Below, in pieces: positions 42,870 to 55,343 of a DNA stretch of 64,000 nucleotides; the stretch's first letter is position 1; each line of letters begins with the position of its first letter. This stretch comes from Lobosporangium transversale (taxonomy: Eukaryota), in the NCBI RefSeq assembly GCF_002105155.1, contig NW_019028999.1, positions 186,001 through 250,000 of the forward strand, given 5' to 3'. Both the position numbers and the translations under genes were made by a program. A model generated the notes under the pieces. The model worked only from the letters and a program-made list of their open reading frames with translations. It searched no databases and was not told the DNA's origin.

Positions 42870-44812
42870 AGAAGAAGTGAAGAAAAATAACAAAATAAAG
42901 ATCCCTTTTGTTTGTGGGTTCAGTAAACATACCTGATACCAGTTTGATGATACTGTTGCTCTACTTCAAGGATATCAAAAGGCGGCAGTTTTTTGTACCA
43001 AATATTTGAAAGCATACGTCTAGATTGTTAATATAATCCGTAGAGCATTATTGGCTCTGACAGATACAGCATAATATCCGGTGGTGCATCAAAGCTCATT
43101 GCGCAAAATCATATTGCATTTTGATCTTTTGTCATTGATTGAACGAAGCAATATTCTACAGTCTTGAAGTATTTTGTCTGTTATCATAGATGGATGACCT
43201 TTTTTTTTTTTTTTTTTTTTTTTACCTTAGCCTATCTGCGCTTCCTGATGTGTGTACCGCCGACGTGCCAGTATCTCTTGCTTTCTATCTTTTGTTTCTA
43301 CTGGCGGTTCATGTCTACTGATAAAGTCAATTACGAACTAAAAAGGAAAGCAACACACAAAAATAGCATTTTAAGCACTCCACCCTAGTCCCCGTTTCTT
43401 GATTACCATCATTACATTTGTATGTACCGCTAACTACCGGCATACTGGTGGCATACCGCAAGGGTGCGAAATTGACTAATCTAACATTAGCTGGCTTTGA
43501 CTATATTGTAGATCTGTTGCTTTTCCTTAAGTTGGGATCATGTCATGCTCGCATTAATCATAAAATGGCCCAGTCTCTTCCGCGAGTCCATCACTTCGTT
43601 ATTACTATGCCTAGATTACTCACCAGTTGCTTCCTCTTCTCCTTCTTTTTTTTTTCTTCTATTCATCTCTTACTATTTATAGTTGTCGTAGCAAAGATGG
43701 TAAGAGGGTGCTTCGAGAGTCTGTTCGAAATGATTAATGATATCGATTGTGTTTTGAGGCCTAATCAGGCTAAGTGCGTACAGGACCAGCATTACCTTTG
43801 ACGTTGAATCCATCGTGGACTTCTCTGACAGACACATATGTTTGCAAAACATTCTATGCTTGTCATGATCAAAGCACGAACAAGGTAGAAGAACGGCGGT
43901 TCTTAGTCTATACCAATGGAGTCTCTTTCCTTGGTGTAGAAAAGCATTTGACTATCAGCCGTAGGGGATAGCAAGCGCAAGTATATCGCTCTTATGCCTT
44001 AGTTGTTAACTACAATCTTTCTACATATCTTTCTCTTAGCTCGGCCGCCACTGTCCTAGCTTTGCACCATCTAAATCGAGTGCCAATGCCTTCGCTTTTC
44101 TAACCATTTTGTATTGTGAGAGTTGCAACTTGTACGCCTTTATTGACATGAGGGAATTGTACCCTTAAAAGCTTTACCAACGGTATTTGCAGCAAAATAA
44201 ATGACACGATCGACTGGCATGCCTCTTTTGCCATGTATATCAGGCTCTCTAAGGCCGGAACTATGCTCCCAAAAGGTTGCTAGCATGCAATTGCTGCTAG
44301 TTCTACATGTCTATGGTAAGAAGATATAGCTTTAAGAAATAATTTTTTACTGCTGCTAGCTGATATTCACACTTCTCCCGGATCAAGTTCTTTGGATATA
44401 TTGCTATCGGCTTGAGCAAATATTATGTCTTCAAGGCGTTTCTGGCCTTTGTTGGCTTCATCGCTTCCAAGCGTTAGACATTCTTAGACTACACAAAGGT
44501 GTGATCATTGGCCGCAACGTAGCCAACATCACCCGCAACTTTCTAATTTAGCAACAAATACCTCGCTATCTGTAACCGATTGACAGGTATGGGGAGTGTT
44601 TATGGATGAAAAGCAGGTATACAGTGCGCGCCAAACGTCAAGCATCATTCCTTAAGTAACGGCCACTTGGTAAATTCATAGAAATTTAGTCTAGAGCAAA
44701 CGCGCTTTTGGAATTAGCACAGCCACGTTGATGACGTGTTATTAATGATAGATGTGGAGTTAAACCATTTTTTTATTTTTCATCTGCTCTGACTCATTCA
44801 CATTTAACGCAA

Positions 44813-46192
44813 ATGGCAACTGTTGAAGAAAAGATTTCGATTGCCTCGAGTTTCTTGAAAGCTGCCCCTCCAGGTTACCAAATTGTTGCTCCTTTCTGGA
44901 AGTTACTGGTCAATAGAAATTATTAAAGAATGTATCAACCTGACTCGCGCTCTTTTTTTTTTTTTTTTTCTTTTTTAAACACCACCTGTATCTTTTTTGA
45001 AATAGGTGAAATCAACGACGTATTCAATGGTAAGTTGTTTCTGCCGCTCTCCTTTCATTTCCATTTTTTATTTCTTTACTTCTTTTCTAACTTGATATCT
45101 TGGGGCGCCAATGTTATGACGCGTTGAACAGATGTTCGTGGGTTGGTTGGAGATGATGAATTATTAGATGGAGGTATCTTGAATGCGCTTGAGGAATACA
45201 ACACCGAGGAATTGGCTACTGTCGACGTACCTGGTATCGAGGGGAAGGCAAGCTTATTATATTTTTGCTTTTCCTCCTCTCTTACGTTGAAAATTATTAT
45301 TGACTCCTTAGTTTTTTTCCCTGTCTATCTTCTCCATTGTATCGTTGTATAGGCTATTGTTTCCAAGCACGGACAGATTGAAAGCGATCGATTCTTACAC
45401 CCAAAAACCAACAAAGTCTTTAAACTGGATCACTTTCGTCAGGTAATTTGGTGTAGAGGAGTCCCCTTCTTGAACTTTATTACGATACATTCAATGTAAA
45501 GTCTGATTTTTTTTTTTTTTTTTTTTTTTTTGCTTGGACGGGACGGGTTTCTATAGGTTGCTTCAGATGTTCAAGACCACACCGTAGACGAAGGGATCGA
45601 AGAACTTCGCAAGACGATTGAAAAGGATACAGAAGATTATATGGCTGACCGGTATGCAGAAGGAGTCTCAGCTGTTTATGGATCCAATGGCAAAATTACA
45701 ATTGCAATTGTCCATAACAAGTACAGTCCATCCAACTTCTGGAACGGACGGTGGAGATCAATTTGGCAGTTGGAGACAACAACGAGCCAAGTGAAGGGCA
45801 CCTTGAAATGCAAGGTCCATTATTATGAAGATGGAAATGTTCAACTGGAGACATCAAAAGAAATCGACGAAAAGCTTTCCAAGACCTCAGCTGATCCTGT
45901 ATGTCTTTGGAGAAGAAGATGGAGGTTTTCATAAATATCAATTGCTGAAAATTTATCTTACATTTTCTTTCCTTACTATTTCAATTTGTCCAGAACACTG
46001 CTGTATCAAGGGCATTGCTAGATCTAATTGCTACAGCTGAATTGAAGTATCAGACCGCTTTGAACGAGAGTTACCACGAAATGGCCGAGAACACGTTTAA
46101 TGGCCTTCGTCGTGCATTGCCAATGACACGCTCAAAGCTTGACTGGAACAAGGTAAACATTGTATTCCTGTCTGGAAAGGTCTTAACAAAAG

Positions 46193-46225
<33 letters not shown>

Positions 46226-46295
46226 TATTTTATTATTGTTATCATTATTTTAGATTCTAACATACCGTATTGGAGCCGAGCTATCTGCAAAATAA
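44813..46295 (+). CDS. CAP1: F-actin capping protein alpha subunit
   Basis: FLKAAPPGEINDVFNDVR, NFWNGRWRSIW, VHYYEDGNVQL, LRRALPMTRSKLDWNKI. Confidence 0.95.
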
Positions 46296-46437
46296 GGAAT
46301 GATAGAGATTTATTGAGTATGGACTGGAAAAAGTGTAATAGGAATAAAATTGAAACTGGATTGTAGACAACAAGAGACCATCATTTATGGCGAAAATAAA
46401 TAAAAAGAGAGACAACAAGATTTATTCCCAAGCATCT

Positions 46438-49373
46438 CTAAAACAGACCGCGTTTCTGAACCTTCACTCCATCTTGAGGACCAGCATTTAGTCCAACCTC
46501 AAGCTCCTTCTGAATCTCTGCATGACGTTCCTTAAGCTGCTCTACCTCGTCAAGCTTCGCTTGCAAAGATGCCATCTCCTTCTCGAGCGATTGGCGCTCC
46601 TCTGCAGTTCCGATAGTTGAAAATTCCCAATGACCGTGATCACCTGTGAATTTAAGCAGATGTAGATGATACTTGAATAATGCAGGTCTATGGGAAATGG
46701 TGATCAGCGTTATACCGATATCTTTTGCATGGTTGTACATGAGGCCTTCAACATCAGAGCTGACGGCAGAGGTGCACTCGTCCAAGATGGCGAACTTGGG
46801 TTTGTGATAGAATAACCTTGCCAAATTCATCTGATGTCAAAATAATAGCAAACAGGAACTATTAATAACTGATTTACTTCCATGGGTTTCCTTTGTACGA
46901 CATAAAAAAAAAGCTTACTCTTTGCTTCTCTCCACCAGAAAAGACATCTTTCCATTCTTTGACAGTATCCCAGCCTCCCTCACGGTCAGGAATATATGCA
47001 AGATGGACATGCTTCAGGATGGTCATCAATTCCTCATCAGTCCTACCAGCCTTGATCATATCAGCATGAGAGTGTGGGTAGATGACTTGGTCTCGGAGTG
47101 AACCAATCGAGAGATAAGCTCGTTGAGGAATGTAAAAGATATCTTTAGGAGCGGGTCGCTGGATTTGGCCACGGAACACAGGCCAGAGTCCGCTGATTAC
47201 ACGGGCAAATCCAGTCTTGCCCACGCCATTGGGTCCAGTCACTAGCATATGGTCACCAGGCTTGATGTCAACGCTCAGATCACGAACAAGCTCCTCGCCA
47301 CCGTTTGAATTTCCAGGCGAGGGCGTCACGATAGGGACATTCACAAATTTAATGCCTTCATATCCGTAGCCGATGATGCCACGGATGTCGTCAAGTGTAT
47401 AACGCTCTCCCTTAGAATCATCGCTACCTTCAGCTGAGGCAGGCTCATAGTTATCAGCATGAAGCTGATGCAGAACCGAGATCAAGTTGTAAACGCGGAG
47501 TGTTGAACCAGCCAGCTCGGACATCTCCTTGTAAGAGTACATCATACGCCCACCAGCATCTGCTAAGGACATCATCAGGCTGAATTAAGGAAGATATAAA
47601 CAAGAAGTGATTAGCAAGTGGACCTTTTAAAAACTACATAGAGATGTCGGAATAAAATTGATTTAGGGGGGGGGAGGGTCATTACCGCTTGCTAGTAATA
47701 AAGCCCTTAGTTCGAGCACCCACAGCTTGGTCCCCACTGGAAACATTCTTGGCAGAATCGACGCCTCCAAGCGCAGGAAAGAAAACAGGCAGAGCGCACA
47801 AGGTTAAACCGACAGCTGACCAACAGTATTTGATGATGAAGTCCTCAAACATGTTGTAAGCAATACGGATCTTGTAAATCGAGTTGATGTGGCGAATTAA
47901 ACGCTTGTAAGTCTTGGTCAAGATCGAATGCTCAAGCTCTGCTCCATTATAGAATGCAATTTCCTCAGCGTTGGTAATCAGACGTGTATGAGCAGAGCGG
48001 AAGTCGCCCTTTTGATGACGAAGAGGAAAATAAATAATAAATTGAGTAACTCTTTGACAGTAGTAAAAAAGATAGCAAGTTTTAATCCTAGGTGTTTATA
48101 TACCTCCAATTTGGCTTCTACAGCAGCCAATTTACCAAAAGCAGGCGTGACCATGCGAAGCAAGAAAGCCGTAACAACGTAGGATACGAAGAGGCCACCC
48201 ATACCAGAGACACCGATTGAGCGCATCAGTTGGTAATTAAAAATGATGGTGTCCAAGAGGGGCTTGCCTAGATTTGAATACAATCCAGCAAGAGAGTCGC
48301 AGAACTTTGCGATATCGGTGGTGATGTATTGGTCGACTCCCTCGATACGGTCATCCAAGTTAAGAGCCTTGTAATATGTGATCTGATCGTTGAGATATAA
48401 GTCATGGACGTAACGTGTCAATCGAGTTCGGAAAGCAATGGAGAGCTTAGATTGCAAGTACCGGATCTATAGGTGTCAACCAAATGAATTGTTGGCAGCT
48501 GAGTTAGACCATACTCTTTGTAACGGTTGACATTGTTTGTGTGGACTCTTGTTCATCTTGCTTCTTAGGGTAAGTACTCTATATATCTTGTGCAACATAG
48601 CTGATTTGAGAAGTACGTGATAAATCCATTACCATGCTGTTAGTGTATGTGGCTGGCAGGGCAATGGCAAACCAATAACCAAGGCCCCGGATAAATCCCT
48701 TGCCATTGCCGGCAATCTTTTTGTCGAGGACATGAAATAAAATAATGAAATAAAATAAATTAGAATAGAGCAACAGATTAGCTTCTGAACATTATGGAAA
48801 AGATATATGCATGATCATGCACTAAATACTCACCAAATCCTTGACAATGGCTCCATCAAGACGAGCGACCACGACACTAAGATAAGTTCTCAGGACCAAG
48901 AATGTGGTGTGTAAGACCAAAATGAAACTTTCTTTGCACCGCAGTTTGGGGATCAGGATCTTGAAAATAGCCTCGATCTGACGGAAGAACTCTTTGTTCA
49001 CGCCAACCTTGACTGAAGACTTTACAGAACTAGCGGACGATCCTGCAGAGGCGACTTTTGAAGGTGGGAAGTATTTGCGGTTGCGTTCAATAGTCGCCTC
49101 AGAGGTATACTTGATTGATTTCTTGGGTGCCTGAACTCTGCCCTTCAAAATGCCCTTATCCTGTGTTGCGGAAGTAGATGCTGATGCTTTTGAAGCAGCA
49201 GCAGCCTTCTTCTCCTTGGCCTGTTTGTTGCTCAGATAGCGACCGACAACAATGGCAATGAAGCCAACAAGAGCAACAGCAGGAAGAGGACGTGCGGAGC
49301 TAGATTTTTTTGAGTGGATTGAATCCAAAACTGAGTTGATCTGCTGAGGCAGGTCCTTTGATTGCACTGCCAT
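46438..49373 (-). CDS. PXA1: Peroxisomal ABCD half-transporter (Pxa1-type)
   Basis: LVLRTYLSVVVARLDGAIVKD, EAA-like NAEEIAFY, SLADAGGRMMYSYKE, Walker A GPNGVGKT, FSGGEKQR, ILDECTSAVS. Confidence 0.9.
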
Positions 49374-50994
49374 GTTGCTTATGGATTGGTTCTCTTAGGT
49401 CCGATGAGAATTAACAGTTGTAATAAAAATGTAAAGAGAATGCAAGGTCCTTGATGGAAAGACAGAAAGAGAAAGAGTGGAGAGCAGTAAATCCTCCAGC
49501 AGCGTAAGTGAAACAAGAGGAATACTTTTTCGATTTTTTAAAGCCGAGAGACAAAAAAAAAAGAGAGAGAGAGAGAGAGAGGAAGAGATGAGGAGGAATG
49601 ACAAACAAAAAGTGTGAAGCGTGAAAAAAGTAAAAAATAAAAAATACTAATAAACCACACACACACGAGGCAAAAAAGGAATAACATCACCCATGACAAA
49701 CCTTTATTCCTCACATCAAAATCCTAATTGCATGCCATGCCATGTAATAGTCTCAAAAACATTTGTTGACAAAGCAATGTGTTTTTTAACATGTATTCTT
49801 TTGCTTGCCTGCTTCCTTGCTTGCCTACTTGCGCATTTGCTTACTTTCTTGCATTGTACCTCTGATACTTGATTGAGAGGGCAGGCGGGAACTTCTATCC
49901 ATCACCCAGTCATCATCACTGTTTAGATTGTGCGCGTGTCTGTGGTTGAGTAACAGTCGCAGATATGTCAAGATGAACCTTATTACACAGACTGACTTCC
50001 ACGTGAAAAGGGACATTTATCGTGTATATTCCATTCATGTAGTAAAAAAAAGTCCATGGGCACAAGAAACATTCGATCGGCATGTTTGAATATGCACGGT
50101 TTGCATTGAAAATCATCTTTGTCCTCTAGGCCTTTTCGTGTCTCCACTGAACACACCTTCCTTTCTTTTTCGCGCATATCGTCTCCACCGGTTATTTCGG
50201 CTTCTTCACCCTCTTCTTCATCATAACCATTTATTGAACTCCACCTCAATTGAGATGAGGCTTTCATCGCCACCAATGTCAGATTTCTCCTTGGCCTTCT
50301 CTAAACCCCTTCTGTTTCTGCACTCTGCACCTTTTTCTATGTTTCCACTACCTGCTTAGGATTCTATTGCTCCGTCTGTTCCTCTCTCATTTTTATTTTC
50401 GTCTCTTTCACTTTTCAACACTTGCATCTCTCCTATAGCTCTACCCGATCAGTCCCATCTCCCATCCTTGCTTACCATATTTCGCTTGATAAATCTCAGG
50501 CTACTGTTCCTAAATGAATTTAAGTTGATATTGTATGCTATTATCTTTACTATTCTTGAGTTCGGTAGCTTTCTGCTACATATACGTCGCTGTACGCTTT
50601 TGAACGTGTAGCCGATCTTATTTAAGGTTGTACCACGGACATCAGGCAGACTTTCGTGTGGCGAAATAATTTTTACTACTCTTATTGATGGTTTAGCGCC
50701 CGATCTTAGCTATTTTAGATGAGGTCTGTAGTTATGGCCACAGTTATTGTCTCAGACTAATGGATGGAAAAAAGCGTAAGCGATCATAGTTCCACATATC
50801 CATGACGTTCGGATGTCAGGAATAAACCGAAGCATGACATGAATTACTGAGTAAAGGATGGCTTTGCGGAAGCTTAGATTGGAGGATTAAAAGCAGAAAG
50901 TAGGGAGAGAGTGCACATTAAGACTTATGAAACATCATAATTTCCAAAATGTCTGACATTGTTATTTTTATTTTTATTTTTATTTTCTTTTTTT

Positions 50995-51833
50995 TTAACG
51001 GCTACCAACCCTTCGCTCAAGCGCCTCCTTCATCAGTCGGATTGGTAGTGCAAAGGATTCAATGATATGGTTAGCATCCTCCTGTGACACGTACTCTTCG
51101 TTTGCTTCCATTTCCTTCTGTAAATCTGCAATTGCACGCAGCATCTGAAGCATCATGTCTCGAGGTTGTTGATTCGGATACAGTGCTTGTACTGACCGTG
51201 GTGAATTGTCTTGTTGGTGCTGGGTTGTCTCTGATACTGTCATTTCTTTGTCTTTAGAAACTTGATTCGGAACTAACCTATGCACAGCTAACGTTTGATT
51301 GTCGGTGGCTGTGCCATTTAATTGTTCATGTTGCTGAACAGAGCTGCCGTTTGAATCAAACTGCCATGTTGTTTGTGCGCTGCCCTGTCCTGATGTTATG
51401 GATGATGATATAGGGCGCGGTGCAATCGCTATTTTCCGTGGTGTGGAAGTGATAATGTTTGTATTGTTGCCGTTACTCGCTTCTCCTATAGGGCTACTTG
51501 CTCCTGAAGACCGCTTACTACTACTACCACTGTGCTGCTTGCTCTTCATTTGACGCAAAGTATTGGCATGTTGAGCATAACTGGCCTGTAGGAGCAACCT
51601 AACGTTTGCCTTGGTGGTTGGATGCAGCTATTATTGAACAGGATTAGTCGCCCCAGAACGCAGTTATGTTAGTTTCAATAACAAACAGAACTGTCTTTAC
51701 CTTCCTGCCACACCAATCTTCTCTTTTATACCCTCTCTTTCCTTCCTTCCTTCTCTTTCTTCCTTCCTTCTTTTTCTTTCTTCCTTCTTTTTCTTTCTTC
51801 TTTCTTTTTCTTTCTTCTTTCTTTTTCTTTCTT

Positions 51834-51866
<33 letters not shown>

Positions 51867-52352
51867 ATTATTTATACAGATATTTTCATATAAAAAATAA
51901 AGAAAGCATCTACCTCGTCGAGCAAAGGTGAATTCTGTGTCATCATGCCCTTTACGGACTTCCAGTCATGGCCTTCATTGACGCGCCGTTTTATCCATGC
52001 CTTGAGATCTTGCGGCAGTCTCTGGGCCTTAATATCCTCCATCAAATCTGGTATATGCCCCTCATGTTTCCAGTAGTACTCTATCACCACGTCATCATCG
52101 GAAAAACTCTTGCGCATCTTGATAAAAGCCGGACAGTTACATTTAATACTTCCGGTTCTCTTGCGTTTCTTACTGGGATCAATATTAGGGTTTTTGCGAT
52201 CACGATATTGTCCTGCATGATCACAATGGTACTCGCGCGTCCATTCACTTGCAGTTGGACCCCGCGCAAACACTGCTCATAGCATTTACATGTTTATAAG
52301 ATCGTCAGTCAGTAGTCAGCTCGCCAAACATGACCAACGTGTCTCGATCACT

Positions 52353-52386
<34 letters not shown>

Positions 52387-53257
52387 CGTCACCTTGCTTA
52401 TCCCGGTAACGGTGCCGGATCAGATTCCATCTACAATGTGTTTTTTCTTGTTCTAGCCACGTCTCCCATTCATTGGCTGGCCATTTGATTATAGTTGGGC
52501 ACTTTTCAAATCTATTGTTAATATCCAAACCTAATGAGTTGATAATTGGTGGATCATTCGTTGGACTAATCACATCGTTTCTGTTATTGACAAGAACGTT
52601 GGATGGTCCCTTTGAGACTGAAATAGGCGCCAATGCTGCTGCTGACGATGAAGAAGTTGCCAAAGACGATACGACGTCTGAAGAGTCCGTCGCACTGGCT
52701 GTGTTAGAAGTCGTAGCTACTACTGGTGCCATTGCAGGATCAAATGTTGTTAACCTAGTAATAATGGGACTAACAACTGGGGAGACTGCATCACCAGTGA
52801 CAGCTGTCGAAGTCGAAATAGCAGAAGTAGTGATAGGAATAGAATCTAAGGAATTCGTAATATGGGTATGGGTCCCTTGAACTTCACTACTTGCTGAACT
52901 TTGAAGAGCATGCACAGTAACCGCTCCTGTAGCCGTTATGAGTTGGTCGTGCTGTTCAAAAAGTGCCCTTGTAGTTTGATGAAGGAGATGTTCATTTTCT
53001 TTATCATTTGATATAGTCTGAAAGGAATCAGTTTTGGCCAAGTTGATGGTACTTTTTTCACCTTCGTCCGATTGTTGGTCGCGCTGAACGCCTTCTTGTG
53101 CAGGATGTTTATGTTGATGCAACTTCGATATGAGCACTACATGATTCTGATTATTCTGCCCATGATTTTGCTGCTCCAGCCGATCTGTCTGTGATTGATC
53201 CTGGTGTTCAGACTGTTGCTGCTGCACGAGTGTTTGCAACACTGTTTGATCATCCAT
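50995..53257 (-). CDS. FAR1/WRKY-GCM1-type (Mutator transposase-derived) DNA-binding protein; 3 exons
   Basis: EYHCDHAG...KKRKRTGSIKCNCPAFIKMR...IEYYWKHEGH (C..C..HxH zinc motif) flanked by Q/S/T-rich low-complexity regions. No DDE domain. Confidence 0.8.
51735..51865. repeat. Long degenerate (TTC/TTTC)n plus poly(T) tract in intron 2 of the FAR1-like gene
   Basis: About 130 nt of pure pyrimidine on the + strand. Confidence 0.8.
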
Positions 53258-54312
53258 GTTGTCCCTTTTATATGAAAGTATATGAATCTGTAAAGATGGC
53301 CAAGAACTGACGGGAAATAAATACAAATGCGAAAACGAGTCACGTGCCTTTTCCTTAGCACCACTCAAAATTTGTATGCTTGCGATGCTTAAAGATGTGT
53401 TCGTCTCAACGGTCCTCGGTTTTCCCATAGCACTATTGAGAGTTTGTCCCTATATTTTTCATCTACTCGCTTGTCACAGTTGGAAGTGGCCATCTCCAAA
53501 ATTCTGGCAGAGTGCATGATAAATAAACATGGATTTGACACAGAGTTGCCAAACAGGCTGGTTCTTTTAAGTTTGGTATCACTCAGGAGGTCATTGGGGA
53601 AGTGCTATTCGCCAAATATGAAATGGTGTTACGCGTCTTCTATTCATAATATCCTGCTTCACTTTTTTTGCTAATGCTTCCTAAGATTAGCAGACTAGCG
53701 AAAATGAATCGATCGGGTATCGTCCTACCCTTTCTTTAATTGTCTACACTCCATATCAAGGCGAAGCCATAATCAACACTACTTTAATCTTGTTTACTAG
53801 CTGTAGGTTGACGAAATCAGTTTGTAGACTGGACACATTTAACGTGCAGCCAGGGCCAAAATACGCCTGGTTTATCTTGCGCCTAGATTCATGCTGAATG
53901 GACCTCCTAAACTGAAGCCATACTGCGCCATCTAAGACTCTGCATTTAGTCAGGATATGGCCTTATCGGTAATTAAGTAGCCGTCAATAAACATTTTACA
54001 GACGAGCATTAAGAGTGAGCAAAATGGAAACATGGATAAGAGACAAGATTAAGAGAAGTTGTATATATTGACAATTAAAATTGGCTACTGGTGACATGAA
54101 TACATAAACTAAAGTAAAACCAGCATCTTAATGAAACTGTGAAGTATATAATCAAGGATTGCAGCATAATACTAAAGAGGTAAAAAGGCAATGCACTGAC
54201 GAAAGGAAAAGAAAAAAAAAAAGAAAAAAGGCGCATTAGGAAAAGAGAGCTTGGGTGTGTTGGTCAGCTTGCAGAGCATAGTTGACCACTTTCAAGAAAT
54301 CTAGTTTCGCTA

Positions 54313-54802
54313 TTATTGGCCACGCTTTGGATTCAAAGGAGAGTTTTTCCACATGATGGCAACTTGCTTAAATGCCTCCTACAGAAATAATCGTGTAAAG
54401 TACATTGATCATAAAGCAGTATGTTAGATATTTGAGGTATCCAAATATCCTTGCGACCATTACAAATAAAGAAAAGAAAACTCGGAACAATGACTGTCAT
54501 TAAAAATTCACTATATTCTTTGCTCAAAATACCTTATGCTCGACACCAGCGTGCTTAGCTTTGTACTTTGGAAGTTCTTCCTTCATGAACGTGTTGTAAA
54601 TAGACATCTTCTTTTTGGGTGCCTCAGTGGGCGCGGCTAGCATGAAGATAGTAAAGTTTAAAAAGAAAAAAAAAAATTAGTGGCGCGTTTTTTATGACAA
54701 AACGCAAGGCAAGGAGAGTTGTAGAAGCGTAAGATAGTCATGGGACCAGCATAGCTTACATGACTTCTTTGTAGGGACAGCAGTAGCCTTGACCTTTGGC
54801 AT
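54313..54802 (-). CDS. About 70-aa YABBY/HMG-box-like protein (3 exons)
   Basis: Spliced: MPKVKATAVPTKKSS|APTEAPKKKMSIYNTFMKEELPKYKAKHAGVEHK|EAFKQVAIMWKNSPLNPKRGQ*. It matches the YABBY consensus S-x-YN-x-F-x-KEE...H[KR]EAF...A-x-x-W; canonical GT-AG introns. Confidence 0.88.
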
Positions 54803-55343
54803 AGTGGACAATGAGGAATGAGAGAGCTTGTAAAAAAGATGGACGGATGCAAAAAAGAGAGCAAAAGAAACTTAAGCAGACTGTCAGGAAGTGAATGATT
54901 GTGATTAGGATAAACAACTGTTCAGAAGTGTATTTGTCAGAGAGAAAAAGAGAGAGGAGAAAAAAAAAAGAAAAGAAAAAAAGGAAAAAGTCGCGAGTAT
55001 ATATGAGATGGTCCTAACACTTTATTGCACCTATCACTGGACTATGTGAATGTTGATGTATTGATGTTTTGACATGAATATGTGGTGCTTTGTTTGTCGT
55101 GAGTGTTGATTTTGACTGTCATCCTATCAAATTCATCACAGGGCTGATATGGGTCAAAAAAAAAGGTTGGTGTAACTTTGTAACTTTCACAATGTCGATT
55201 AGAAAAAAGCAATTCCATATTTGCCTTGCTCAACCACTCCAATCATAAAGATTTCTGCGAAAAGATTTAATGATTTATAAACTACCCTCCAAACATTACA
55301 GTATAATCACTGTGCGGAGCATTATTGCAAGCACTTGGGGGAT

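Noticed and set aside
42162..42893. 243-aa minus-strand ORF
   Set aside because: Antisense shadow of codon-biased RPS4.
43890..44017. Hairpin, ATAGCA and ACA as a possible H/ACA snoRNA
   Set aside because: The second hairpin is too short and no guide pocket is evident; it cannot be supported without Infernal or snoGPS.
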